NCBI GenBank assembly: GCA_963663805.2
Contig: CAXXMR010000020.1
Location: 128,001 to 192,000 of the forward strand
Origin: Sedimentisphaerales bacterium
Lineage (GTDB): Bacteria; Planctomycetota; Phycisphaerae; Sedimentisphaerales; SM23-30
Reading direction: 5' to 3'
DNA: 64,000 bases
The notes under the pieces are model-generated. The model was not told the DNA's origin. It saw only the letters and a list, made by a program, of their open reading frames with translations, and did not search any database. A program made the translations under genes and the position numbers. This document shows, piece after piece, positions 29,473-40,174 of the stretch (within the stretch, counting starts at the first letter, position 1; each line of letters opens with the position of its first letter).

Positions 29473-30897
29473 TTATTTATTCTGGAGGTAGTTGTCGATG
29501 TTGTGGGCGGCGTTTTTGCCGTCTCCCATAGCGAGGATGACGGTGGCGGCGCCGCGGACGATGTCGCCGCCGGCGAAGACGCCGGGCATGGAGGTCATGG
29601 CATTATCGTCGGCTTCGATGTATCCCCATTTGTTGACCTTGATATCCGGGGTGGCCTGGGTCAGCAGGGGGTTGGCGTTGATGCCGATAGCGACGACGAC
29701 GAGGTCGCAGTCGATGACAAATTCTGAACCTTCGATGGGGATGGGACGGCGTCGGCCTGAAGCGTCGGGTTCGCCCAGCTCCATTCTGACACATCTGAGG
29801 CCTGAGACCCAGCCGTCTGAGGTGCTGAGTATCTCGGTAGGGGCGGTGAGCATCTCGAAGCGGATGCCTTCCTGCTCGGCGTGGTGAGCTTCTTCGACAC
29901 GGGCGGGCATTTGTTCTTGAGCCCGGCGATAAGCGAGTATGCTTTCGTCGGCACCGAGACGCTTACTGGTTCGGACAGCGTCCATAGCGGTGTTGCCGCC
30001 GCCTACGACCACGACGCGTTTGCCTTTGACGACGGGGGTGTCGGCGTAGGGTTTGTAGGCTTCCATGAGGTTGATGCGGGTGAGGTATTCGTTGGCGGAA
30101 TATACGCCTTTGAGGTTTTCGCCGGGGATACGCATGAACGAAGGCAGGCCGGCACCGTTGGCGATGAATACCGCCTCGAAACCTTCCAGCTCCATGAGAT
30201 CTTTGATGGTTACGGTTCTGCCGACGATAACGTTAGTTTCTATTTTGACACCGAGGGCCTGGAGGTTTTCCATCTCGCGGGAGACGATGTTGTTGGGCAG
30301 GCGAAATTCGGGAATGCCGTAGATTAATACCCCGCCGGGTTTGTGGAAGGCTTCGAAGATGGTTACGTCATAGCCCATTTTGGCAAGTTCGCCGGCACAG
30401 GAAACACCGGCGGGGCCGGAACCGACGCACGCGACCTTTTTATTTTTCTTTTCGACGGTGACAGCGTCAACGCCTTTTTTGTGCTGCATTTCGTAGTCGG
30501 CTACGAAGCGTTCGAGGTAACCGATAGCGACGGGGGTGCTTTTCTTGCAGCGGATGCAGAGTGCTTCGCACTGGGTTTCCTGGGGGCAGACGCGGCCGGT
30601 GACGGCGGGCAGGTTGTTATCTTTACGCAGAATGGCCGCGGCGGCGAGGAAATCACCTTCGGTTATTTTGCTGATGAAGGCGGGGATGTCGATGCCGACG
30701 GGACAGCCTTCGACGCATTTAGCGTTTTTGCACTGAAGACAGCGTTGTGCTTCCAATATGGCAAGCTGTTCGGGCAGGCCGAGGTTTACTTCCTTGAAGT
30801 CGCGGGCACGTTCCTGAGCGTCGCGTTCGGGCATCTGCTGGCGTTCGAGCTCCATGCGTTGTTTGGCTGTGAGTTTCATTCCACGAAGGTCGGTCAT
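29473..30897 (-). CDS. nfnB: NfnB/SudA (GltD-like) NADPH-dependent oxidoreductase large subunit
   Basis: RCLQCKNAKCVEGCP, GRVCPQETQCE, GSGPAG, GGGNTAMD, GGDIVRGAATVILA; paired with nfnA. Confidence 0.88.
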   Translation of the reverse strand: MTDLRGMKLTAKQRMELERQQMPERDAQERARDFKEVNLGLPEQLAILEAQRCLQCKNAKCVEGCPVGIDIPAFISKITEGDFLAAAAILRKDNNLPAVTGRVCPQETQCEALCIRCKKSTPVAIGYLERFVADYEMQHKKGVDAVTVEKKNKKVACVGSGPAGVSCAGELAKMGYDVTIFEAFHKPGGVLIYGIPEFRLPNNIVSREMENLQALGVKIETNVIVGRTVTIKDLMELEGFEAVFIANGAGLPSFMRIPGENLKGVYSANEYLTRINLMEAYKPYADTPVVKGKRVVVVGGGNTAMDAVRTSKRLGADESILAYRRAQEQMPARVEEAHHAEQEGIRFEMLTAPTEILSTSDGWVSGLRCVRMELGEPDASGRRRPIPIEGSEFVIDCDLVVVAIGINANPLLTQATPDIKVNKWGYIEADDNAMTSMPGVFAGGDIVRGAATVILAMGDGKNAAHNIDNYLQNK

Positions 30898-30951
30898 AAA
30901 TCTTTCCTCATATCCGCAAAAGGTCAATATGTTTTTTTATGTCCCCGTTTT

Positions 30952-31797
30952 TTAGTGCTTGCACTTGCACTGATGATTCTGGAAATTATCGAGCGAATCT
31001 TTCTCTTGCTTTTTGTAGGTGCTCAGTCGGTCGATGAGTTCGTCGTAATCGACCAGATGTCCGTCGAATTCAGGACCGTCAACGCAGGCGAATTTGGTTT
31101 TGTCGCCCACGGTTACGCGACATCCGCCGCACATGCCCGTGCCGTCAACCATGATGGGATTCAGACTGACAATGGTGGGGATTTTATGGGGTCGGGTGGT
31201 TTCGGCGACGAATTTCATCATGATAACGGGTCCGGCACAGTAAACGGCACCGATTTCGATTTCGGGGTCGTCGATGAGCTGCTGGAGAGCGTTGGTGACC
31301 AGGCCTTTCATACCGGCCGAACCGTCGTCGGTGGTGACGATTAGCTTGTCGGACTGGGCCCCGAGGATGTCTTCCATGATGACCAGGTCTTTGGTGCGGG
31401 CACCGATGATGCTGATGATTTTGTTGCCTAGTTGACGAAGGGCCACGGCCTGGGGATAGACTACGGCAGTGCCGAGTCCGCCGCCGATGACAACTACGGT
31501 GCCGAATTTTTCGATGTGGCTGGGCATGCCCATCGGACCGGCGACATCCTGAAAATACTGACCTTTTTCGATGGTGGTCATCAGGCTGGTACTCTTGCCG
31601 ACCGTCTGGACGATGAGGGTGATAGTGCCTTTTTCGGGGTTGGTGTCAGCGACGGTCAGGGGGATACGCTCTGAGGTGTCGGTGGCCCGGACCATGACGA
31701 ACTGGCCGCACTTGCGGGCCTTGGCAATGCGGGGAGCCTCGATTTCGTACTTGGTCAGATTGGGCCCGATGGTCTGCTTATTAACAATTTTGAACAT
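30952..31797 (-). CDS. nfnA: NfnA/SudB small subunit (FAD/NAD, 2Fe-2S)
   Basis: ERIPLT, GGGLG, MVDGTGMCGGCRV, CVDGPEFDG. Confidence 0.9.
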   Translation of the reverse strand: MFKIVNKQTIGPNLTKYEIEAPRIAKARKCGQFVMVRATDTSERIPLTVADTNPEKGTITLIVQTVGKSTSLMTTIEKGQYFQDVAGPMGMPSHIEKFGTVVVIGGGLGTAVVYPQAVALRQLGNKIISIIGARTKDLVIMEDILGAQSDKLIVTTDDGSAGMKGLVTNALQQLIDDPEIEIGAVYCAGPVIMMKFVAETTRPHKIPTIVSLNPIMVDGTGMCGGCRVTVGDKTKFACVDGPEFDGHLVDYDELIDRLSTYKKQEKDSLDNFQNHQCKCKH

Positions 31798-31940
31798 TCA
31801 AACATCTCCGCAAAAAAACTTATCTTCAGGCCCATAAAGGCCTTATGTACCTATAATCCAAACCTTTAATGGTAGCTCAATGAGAGGTTTGGGTCAAGAT
31901 GTTTTGGGGGTGTTTTTTTGTGGTTTGAAGGGGAAGTGCT

Positions 31941-32768
31941 TTAGATGGAATGGTTTAATTTTGATTTTTGGTCAATATTATTCTCGTTTTTTTCGCAGGT
32001 AACGAGTCTTACTTCGTGTTTTTTGAGACATTCGAGGAGACTGGGGTCGGTTACTTTGTCGGTTATGACGGTGCGAATCTGGTCAGTATTGAGTACCTGA
32101 GCGAGGGCTCTTTTGCCTATTTTTGTAGAGTCTACGAGCAGGAAGATGTTGGCGGCTCTTTCAGCGATGAGACGCTTTGTATTGCTGTTGAAGGCGGCGT
32201 TTTCAAAGGTTCCTTCTTCGGGTACGAAACCGGTACAGGAGAAGAAGGCTTTTTCAACGTAATATGATTTGGCGGGGCTTTGGGTGTCGAACCCGACGAA
32301 AGAGAGCGTTTCACGGTCCAATACTCCGCCCAGGCCTACGATATTGACTTCGGGTGATTCTGACAATTCGAGGCTGACGAGTACGGAGTTGGTCAGTACG
32401 GTGATTTTGATGCCGAGCCGGGCGATAGCGCGGGCGAAGCAGGTGTTGGTGCTGGAGCCGTCAAGGAATATAGTTTCGCCGGGGTGGATGAATTCGAGGG
32501 CTTTTTCGGCGATTTTTTCCTTCTCGCTGAGGTTCAACTGGAGGCGGCTGGGCAGCGATGCTTCGCGGAAATGGGTCGAGGTCTCGATACGCTGGGCTCC
32601 GCCTTTGACCTTGGCGACCAGGCGGGCGCCAGCGAGGTAGTCAATATCGCGACGAATCGTAAATGGTGAAACGTCAAACATTTCTGCCAGTTCCGCCAGC
32701 GAAACAATACCGACTTTTTCGATGTGCTGCACGATTTTTTGTTGTCTTTGCCTCATAATGTTGCTCAT
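31941..32768 (-). CDS. DeoR/GlpR-family regulator
   Basis: LAEMFDVSPFTIRRDI, IFLDGSST, LVDSTKIG. Confidence 0.93.
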   Translation of the reverse strand: MSNIMRQRQQKIVQHIEKVGIVSLAELAEMFDVSPFTIRRDIDYLAGARLVAKVKGGAQRIETSTHFREASLPSRLQLNLSEKEKIAEKALEFIHPGETIFLDGSSTNTCFARAIARLGIKITVLTNSVLVSLELSESPEVNIVGLGGVLDRETLSFVGFDTQSPAKSYYVEKAFFSCTGFVPEEGTFENAAFNSNTKRLIAERAANIFLLVDSTKIGKRALAQVLNTDQIRTVITDKVTDPSLLECLKKHEVRLVTCEKNENNIDQKSKLNHSI

Positions 32769-32813
32769 AGTATGCTAATTTTTTGGAAAAATCTAGAAAA
32801 TTTTGCAAAAAGA

Positions 32814-32841
32814 TTGACATTTATTGCATATTCTTTACAAT
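32814..32841 (+). promoter_or_regulatory. Sigma70-type promoter of the dehydrogenase operon
   Basis: TTGACA-N16-TACAAT. Confidence 0.6.
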
Positions 32842-32911
32842 AGAGAAAAGTTGAGGCCAAGGTCAGCCTTGGATGGAAGTAGGATTGCAAATTACCGGAG
32901 ACCGTCACAAA

Positions 32912-35176
32912 ATGAAGTCCGTCGTACAAAAGCCCGATTTCAGGGCCAAAAAACTCAAATTTGGTGAAGTTGAATGCTATTCTTATAAAGGTGACCTCAA
33001 ACAGGAGCTGAAAAAGGGGATGAGCAAGGATGATGCCTTGTTTATGTATCGTCAGATGTTGGCGATTCGGGCGTTTGAATCGACGATAATCAAGCTGCGC
33101 AGCGGTGAACTGGTTCCGCATGAAGGTTATAAATTTTCGGGCGCGACGCATCTATATATAGGTGAAGAAGCTGTGGCAGTGGGAGCGTTGGCGGCCTTGC
33201 GGGGTGATGATTATATAACGAGTTCGCATCGCGGGCATGGTCATAGTCTGGCCAAGGAGTCTTATGCTTTGCGGCAGATGGACGAAAAGGGTCTGAAAGA
33301 TTTTATGGGGGCGGTCGGTTTCAAGTCTGACAAGAAGGACTTGTTGGGCCAGGCGTTGGATGTTCATTTCTATCGCAGTATGGCAGAGTTTATGGGCAAG
33401 GAAGACGGCTACTGTCGCGGTCGAGGCGGCGGGATGCATATCGCGGATTTACATGTGGGTCATCTGGGTGCCAACGCGATTGTGGGCGGAAGTCTGCCGA
33501 TTGCTACGGGTGCGGGCATGTCGATGATGATGCAGGATAAGGATAGGGTGACGCTGTGTTTCTTTGGGGACGGGGCGACGAATAATGGAGTGTTCTGTGA
33601 GTCTTTGAATATGGCTTGCATGGGCCAGTTCAAGAAAGGTGTGCCGGTCATTTATCTGATTGAGAATAATCAGTTTGGCATGACAGGTCGGAATCGTGAA
33701 GAAATCGTGGGAGTTGATTATCTGGCCCGGCGGGGTTGGGCGTATAAGAATAACGGTATGTGCGCCGAAGTCGTCAACGGTATGGATTCGCTGGCGGTGC
33801 AGGACGCGGTGAAACGGGCGGCAGATAAGTGCCGTAGCGGTGAAGGGCCGGTGCTGCTGGAAGTGATGACTTATCGATATATGGGACACTCTTTAAGCGA
33901 TGTCAATCTTTATCGTCAGCAGGAAGAAATTGAAGCCTGGCGGTGTGAGGACGCGGTTGAGCGTATGAAGCTGTATCTGGTTTCGGCGAATGTGGCGGGG
34001 CCGGAAGAAGTTGAGGAAATCGAAAAGACTGCTTACGCGGAGATGGAAAAGATTACTGTTGCGGCGGCGAACAGCCCGTTCCCGGACCCGGCGACGATTG
34101 CCGAGGGTTTGTATTCTGACACTACCAGCGATAATATTTCGGCTGATTTGGCGACTAAGGATTATAATAAGGATGCTGTGAAGGATAACCGGGATGGCAA
34201 GGGGCGGATGCCTTATCGGAGAGCGATTTCGGAAGCTCTGACCGAGGAAATGATTCGCGATAAGAGAGTTGTCGTTTATGGCGAAGATGTGGCTGAACAC
34301 GGCGGGGCCTTTGCGGCAACAACGGGTCTGTTTGAGATATTCGGGCGGGAGCGGGTATTTAACGCTCCGATTTCGGAAGCGGCGATTTGCGGCTCGGCGG
34401 TGGGGATGGCGATGACGGGTATGCGGCCTGTGGTCGAGCTGATGTATATCGATTTTATTCTGATGAGTATGGACCAGCTGGGCAACCAGGCGGCCAAGAA
34501 TAAATATATGTTCGGCGGCAAGGCGGTTATTCCGATGGTTTGCCGGACCGCTATCGGAGGTGGTAAAGGATACGCCGGTCAGCATTCTCAGTCGCTGGAA
34601 GCTATCGCGACCCAGATACCGGGTTTGAAGGTTGTCGCTCCTTATACTGCCGCCGACGCCAAGGGGCTTTTGAAGACGGCGATTCGTGATGACAATCCGG
34701 TGATTTTCCTGGAGCATCAGTTGCTTTATGGTGACCGCTCTGAGGTTCCGGCAGGTGATTATCTGGTGCCTTTTGGTAAAGCGGATGTGCGTAGGCAAGG
34801 GGCGGATGTGACGCTGCTGGCTTATTCTTATATGACCAAGGTCGCGGACCAGGCGGCGGATATGCTGGCCGAGAAGGGTATTTCGGCTGAGGTTATCGAT
34901 GTGCGGAGTCTGATACCGCTGGATGTCAATACGATAATCGATTCTGTTAAGAAGACTAATTACGCGGTGGCAATATCGCAGGCGCCGGGGACGGGATGCT
35001 TTGGTGAACATATCGCATTTGAGATACAGAAGCGGGCGTGGGATTATCTGGATGCCCCGATTGAACTGGTGGCCTCGATGGAGCTGCCGCCGCCGATGGC
35101 ACCGACTCTGGAAGAGGTGTTTATGCCGGACGCGAATCGGGTTTGTCAGAGTGTGTTGGCGATGTTGGGTAAGTAA
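32912..35176 (+). CDS. Fused E1 alpha/beta TPP-dependent dehydrogenase (acetoin/pyruvate/2-oxoacid type)
   Basis: HLYIGEEA, HRGHGH, GDGATN, YRYMGHS (alpha); GEDV, PISEAAI, QHSQ (beta). Confidence 0.93.
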   Translation: MKSVVQKPDFRAKKLKFGEVECYSYKGDLKQELKKGMSKDDALFMYRQMLAIRAFESTIIKLRSGELVPHEGYKFSGATHLYIGEEAVAVGALAALRGDDYITSSHRGHGHSLAKESYALRQMDEKGLKDFMGAVGFKSDKKDLLGQALDVHFYRSMAEFMGKEDGYCRGRGGGMHIADLHVGHLGANAIVGGSLPIATGAGMSMMMQDKDRVTLCFFGDGATNNGVFCESLNMACMGQFKKGVPVIYLIENNQFGMTGRNREEIVGVDYLARRGWAYKNNGMCAEVVNGMDSLAVQDAVKRAADKCRSGEGPVLLEVMTYRYMGHSLSDVNLYRQQEEIEAWRCEDAVERMKLYLVSANVAGPEEVEEIEKTAYAEMEKITVAAANSPFPDPATIAEGLYSDTTSDNISADLATKDYNKDAVKDNRDGKGRMPYRRAISEALTEEMIRDKRVVVYGEDVAEHGGAFAATTGLFEIFGRERVFNAPISEAAICGSAVGMAMTGMRPVVELMYIDFILMSMDQLGNQAAKNKYMFGGKAVIPMVCRTAIGGGKGYAGQHSQSLEAIATQIPGLKVVAPYTAADAKGLLKTAIRDDNPVIFLEHQLLYGDRSEVPAGDYLVPFGKADVRRQGADVTLLAYSYMTKVADQAADMLAEKGISAEVIDVRSLIPLDVNTIIDSVKKTNYAVAISQAPGTGCFGEHIAFEIQKRAWDYLDAPIELVASMELPPPMAPTLEEVFMPDANRVCQSVLAMLGK

Positions 35177-35203
35177 GGTCTGGATAGTTCAGGAGCTTGA
35201 TTG

Positions 35204-36953
35204 ATGGCAACAGAGATTAAAATACCCATTCCGGACCAGACTACCGAAGAGGTTCGGATTGTTAAATGGCATAAAGCTAAAGGTGATACGGTAAGCGCGG
35301 GCCAGGTGATTCTTGAGGTCGAGACGGACAAGTCGGTAATCGAAGTTGAGGCTGTCGCGGCTGGTGAGATGCTTGCGGTGTTTTATGAAGTTGATGACAT
35401 GGTGCCCGTCGGGCAGGTTGTCGGTGCTATAGGGCAAGTAGGAGAAGCGTATGATACTCCGAATGCCGCCCGGGAAGTAGGAGTCCAGGAGCATGTACCG
35501 CCGACAACTTCGTCCGATGGGAACCTGCCTGAAGGTGTGGTTGAGGTTAAGATACCGATACCAGACCAGACGACCGAAGAAGTTCGGGTGGTGAAATGGC
35601 ATAAGGCGGTGGGGGATAGTGTCAAACCCGGCGAGGTGATTCTTGAGGTTGAGACAGATAAGTCGGTAATCGAAGTTGAGGCTGCCGGTGGCGGTTCGCT
35701 GTTGAGCCATTTGTATCAGGAAGAAGATATGGTGCCGGTTGGTAAGGTTGTAGGACATCTGGGGCCGACGGGAACCACGGTTAATGTCACGGTGGCGGCT
35801 AAACCTGCTGAGAAAGCAGCGGAGGTTAGTTCTGCTCCGGTAGCGGTAGCGGCTTCATCTGCGGAACCGATAGTGCCCAGTGGGGTCAAGGCTTCACCGA
35901 TTGCTCGTAATATGGCGGGGTGTTTGGGGGTTGATTTGACTTTGGTCAAGGGGACCGGGCCAGGCGGTCGTATTACGCGTGATGATGTGGAACGATTCGC
36001 GGCGAATCCAATTCCGGCGGCGGTGAGCGGTGGGGCGGCAGTGTTGCCGGTGGTGGCGAAGATGATTGATGGTCGGATAATGGCTTCGCCTAACGCCAAG
36101 CGGCTGGCGAAAAAGCTGAACGTTGATTTGCAATACGTCAAAGGTACGGGGGGGGCATGGTCGTATTATCGGCGATGATGTCGAGAAGTTCGCGGCTTCG
36201 GGCGTGCAGCATGCTACGGCGGCATCGGTGGCGGGTGGGGCTTATGAACCGGTATCCATGCTGCCGGCGGCGGGTCAGCCTCAGCCGGGCACGGAGATTG
36301 AACTAACGAAGATGCGGCGGGCAATCGGGGTTAATTTACAAAAGAGCTTTAGGGATACGCCGCATTTCAATGTGACGATGGCGATTGATATGAGCCGGGC
36401 CCTGGAGTTCCGCAAAGGAATCAATCTGGGACGCCAAAAGGCTCAGAGTATTTCGGTTAATGACCTCATCTTACGAGCGGTAGCGGTGGCGCTGCGTCAG
36501 TATCCGATGGTGAACAGTCGGCTGACCGAAAATTCGATAAGCGTACTGCCGGATGTTAATGTTGGGGTCGCTACAGCGATTGAGACGGGGCTGGTAGTGC
36601 CGGTTCTGACCAACGCCGATAAGCGGGACTGGGTTGATATGGCCGTGGAGACCAAGAAACTGGCGGCCGAAGCTCGCCGGGGTAAGATTCTCAATGCCGG
36701 TAAGGGGACGTTTACGGTTTCTAATCTGGGGATGTTCGGTGTCGAGGAATTCACAGCGATTATCAATCCGCCCGAAAGTGCGATTCTGGCGGTGGGCGGG
36801 ACGCAGAATGAAGTTGTCGCTATTGAAGGCGGCATGGGTGTTCGGCCTGTCATGCGGGTTACGCTGTGCAGTGACCATCGAGTGATTGATGGTGCTTTGG
36901 CGGCTCAGTTCCTGCAGGCGGTTAAGAAATATCTGGAACTACAGATTGCCTGA
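35204..36953 (+). pseudogene. Dihydrolipoamide acyltransferase E2 (2 lipoyl and 2 subunit-binding domains), frameshifted at a G8 run
   Basis: ETDKS x2; GTGPGGRI; DHRVIDG; removing one G at 36148-36155 joins ORFs 35201-36178 and 36123-36953; may be an assembly error. Confidence 0.85.
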
Positions 36954-36980
36954 TTGAGACTGTCCATATCAGGCTGATAT

Positions 36981-37014
36981 AATGACGGACACTTTCGGGT
37001 GTTCGTCATTTTTT
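36981..37014 (+). terminator. Rho-independent terminator
   Basis: AATGACGGACAC-tttcgg-GTGTTCGTCATT followed by a T run. Confidence 0.85.
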
Positions 37015-37027
37015 ATGGTTTCGATTT

Positions 37028-37642
37028 TCAGAGGATAACCGGCAGGATATTACTTTCCGGGCTTTCCCCGGCGGCGTTGCAGGCGATAACGAGATATTCC
37101 ATACGCCTCTGTTGGGGCTGATTGATTAGAGTAACCAGATTATCGTAGAAGAAATTGATAAGCTGCCAGTTGCTTACCGTACCGCTGCTGTCGTAGTCGC
37201 GGCGCTTGATAATGAAATTGCGTACCACCCCGCCGCTTTCGGGCCGGTCCCATGCCAGAGTAATTTTGCCCGGCCCCTGCCCCGCACTGCGGAGATTCGT
37301 CGGGGTACCCGGCATATCAACCGGATGCCGTGATCTTTTCTCCGACCAGCCGATCAGAGAAAGTTTGTCCGGGTTAGCGAAGGCATCAACCTCGGCGATC
37401 TTGAAACTGTTCCGCATCAGATCGACCAGCTCGTTCTGCTTGGCGACTTTATGACTGGTAGCCATCTTGGCCTGTCCCCGGGCACTTTCCTGGGCAGCGC
37501 GTGCCGAGCGGAACTCCTCCAGCAACGTCTGCAAGTCCGCCGCCGGGACGCCGGGGAAATCCTCGCCGTGAGTCAGTAAACCGTCTATCAGAACTTCGGC
37601 CAGAGCCACAATATCATTTTCTGATTTAGGAAAAACCGCCAT
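37028..37642 (-). CDS. Fibronectin type III domain protein with N-terminal helical region
   Basis: PGTPTNL...ITLAWDRP...YLVIACNAAGESPESN; GGAG RBS 7 nt upstream. Confidence 0.85.
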   Translation of the reverse strand: MAVFPKSENDIVALAEVLIDGLLTHGEDFPGVPAADLQTLLEEFRSARAAQESARGQAKMATSHKVAKQNELVDLMRNSFKIAEVDAFANPDKLSLIGWSEKRSRHPVDMPGTPTNLRSAGQGPGKITLAWDRPESGGVVRNFIIKRRDYDSSGTVSNWQLINFFYDNLVTLINQPQQRRMEYLVIACNAAGESPESNILPVIL

Positions 37643-38871
37643 GTTCATTCTCCATCGTAACCCCAATTTCTCACTTAGCGGTCAAAACCGTCAAAAATAA
37701 AAATATTTTCTGTGATTTTGAGTTGTAAGCGGCGATTTTAGTTCGATATTGGCTCTGGTACAGACCTGCCCTATTGCCAGGTGTTTTTCAGCCGCGATAA
37801 TATGTGCATGTACCTGAAGAAGCACAAGCGAAAGAAGAACGGCAAGTACAACACCTACTACAGCATAGCTGAGAAGCGTAAAGTCTCGCGCGGTCGTTAT
37901 GTGGAGAAGATGGTTCTGTATCTCGGGGAGATTTCCGATTCGCAAAAGAAGTCCTGGGAAAAGTCTATTGAGATAATCAACGAGGATAACCAGCCTGTCC
38001 GCAAATCATTGTTTGCTTATGACCAGGATAATCATGCCCACCATGATGTCGATACCATTGCCGTGAAATTATCAAAGATGCGGCTGGAAAACCCCCGAAC
38101 ATTTGGTGACTGTTGGCTGGGCTGTGAGATATGGGATACTCTTGGGCTGGATAAATTCTGGTCCGCTCGTATAGACACCGAAAGATCTTCGGTGGAGTAT
38201 TCCAAAGTCGTTAAATTATTGACGGTAAATCGTCTTATCAAACCCGGCGCGGAGTTTTATGTTCATCAGCACTGGTTTACTCAAACCGCAATGGATGTAT
38301 TGCTGGACTGTGATTTTGAGGTTGCCGAAAAGAACCGGCTTTACCGCTGCCTGGACAGGATATTGCCCTACAAAGAGGAGCTTTGCTCTTATCTGAAAGA
38401 TACCTGGCAGATGATGTTCAATCTGGAATACGATATTTTGCTTTACGATATCACCAGTACGTATTTTGAGGGATTATGCAAACAGAATCCTAAAGCCAAA
38501 TTTGGTCATAGCAAAGATCGCAGAAGTGATTGTCGGCAGATTCTGATAGCTTTGGTAGTTACGCCCGATGGCTTTCCGATTAATTATGAAATCTGGGCGG
38601 GTAATACCTCGGAGAAAACCACGCTAAAGCCGTTATTGAACAAGATAGAGTCAAAATACGGCCAAGTCGGCAGGGTTTGGCTGATGGACCGGGGTATCCC
38701 CACAGAAGCGGTACTTGAGCACATGCGTGATAATGACATTGGTTACCTTGTTGGTACTCCTCGTAAATTACTGGATGAATTCTCAAAAGAACTATTGTAT
38801 TGCCTCAGTTGGAAATGGACAAATCCTTTAAAGTTGCTATTCTTTATGTATATTTTTGAAAGGGATTTGTT

Positions 38872-40134
38872 ATGAAACAGGAGCGTAGGCGGTTTGAGGC
38901 GGTGGAGAAGGTAAGGATTATTCGGGAGCATCTTCTGGAGAAGCGGCCTTTGTCGGAGGTTTGCCAGCAGTACGGCATCGCTCCGACCCAGTTTTACCAG
39001 TGGCAGAAGCTGTTTTTTGAAAATGGAGCCACGGCCTTTGAACCCAAAAAGGTCGGCCGGGAGTATGAACTGGAAAACCTGATCAAAAAACTCGACAAAA
39101 AGCTGGTCAAAAAAGATGAGGTCATCGCCGAGCTGGTTGAGCATAACATCGACTTAAAAAAAAAAGCATGGTCCGGGTTGAAAGACGCCTGGGCGGAACC
39201 GGATGTTCGGGATGAAGTCGTTGATTATGTGCGCAAATGGACGGATAAAACGGAAGTGAAGGCCGCGACAATGATAAACTGGATGGGCATTTCTCGCAGC
39301 AAGTTTTATGACTGGCAGAAACGTTATGGCAAGGTCAACGAGCACAACGGCTGGATTCCTCGTGACTTCTGGCTCACCGATGTCGAAACACAGTCGATCA
39401 TCGCCTATCATGCGGATCATCCGCGGGAAGGCTATCGGCGGCTGACTTATATGATGATGGATGAGGATATTGTCGCGGTGAGTCCTGCCAGCGTTTATCG
39501 AGTGTTGTCAAAGGCGGATTTGCTGCAACGCTTCAACGGCAAACCCTCCAAAAAAGGCAGTGGCTTCGCTCAGCCCTTAAAACCGCATGGACACTGGCAT
39601 ATCGACATTTCGTACATTAATATCTGCGGCACCTTTTACTACATGTGTTCCATTCTGGACGGTTTTAGCCGATACCTCGTGCATTGGGATATCAAGGAGT
39701 CGATGACGGAGGCGGAGGTGGAAATTATTCTTCAGCATGCCCGTGAGAAATTCCCCGAGGCTCGACCGCGGATAATCTCGGACAACGGCCCGCAGTTTAT
39801 CTCGAAGGACTTCAAAGAGTTTATTCGGCTCAGCGGTATGACACATGTCAAGACCTCGCCGTATTATCCGCAGAGCAACGGAAAACTCGAACGCTATCAC
39901 AAAACGATCAAGGGTACCTGTATTCGAGTTCATACGCCATTGTCGCGGGATGATGCGTGTCGCCTGGTGGCTGATTTTGTGAGGCATTACAATGACCAGC
40001 GGCTACACAGTGCGATTGGATATATTACGCCCAACGATAAACTTGCCGGCCGGGCCGAAACGATTCTGGCCGCCCGGGAAGCCAAACTCGATGCCGCCCG
40101 TCAGGCCCGCAAAGCCCTGAGAAAGGTGTCGTAG
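38872..40134 (+). CDS. IS3-family transposase, HTH plus rve integrase core read as one ORF through an A10 run
   Basis: WHIDISY, ISDNGPQF, PQSNGKLERYH, YNDQRLHSAIGYITP. Confidence 0.92.
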   Translation: MKQERRRFEAVEKVRIIREHLLEKRPLSEVCQQYGIAPTQFYQWQKLFFENGATAFEPKKVGREYELENLIKKLDKKLVKKDEVIAELVEHNIDLKKKAWSGLKDAWAEPDVRDEVVDYVRKWTDKTEVKAATMINWMGISRSKFYDWQKRYGKVNEHNGWIPRDFWLTDVETQSIIAYHADHPREGYRRLTYMMMDEDIVAVSPASVYRVLSKADLLQRFNGKPSKKGSGFAQPLKPHGHWHIDISYINICGTFYYMCSILDGFSRYLVHWDIKESMTEAEVEIILQHAREKFPEARPRIISDNGPQFISKDFKEFIRLSGMTHVKTSPYYPQSNGKLERYHKTIKGTCIRVHTPLSRDDACRLVADFVRHYNDQRLHSAIGYITPNDKLAGRAETILAAREAKLDAARQARKALRKVS

Positions 40135-40145
40135 TGAAAAGACGC

Positions 40146-40174
40146 TTGACAGAGATTGGGAACGCCCGGACAAT
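40146..40174 (+). promoter_or_regulatory. Internal sigma70-type promoter downstream of the IS3 transposase stop
   Basis: TTGACA-N17-GACAAT. Confidence 0.6.

Noticed and set aside
29473..30897. True glutamate synthase
   Set aside because: No GltB large subunit is adjacent, and pairing with the NfnA/SudB-type gene indicates NfnAB/SudAB
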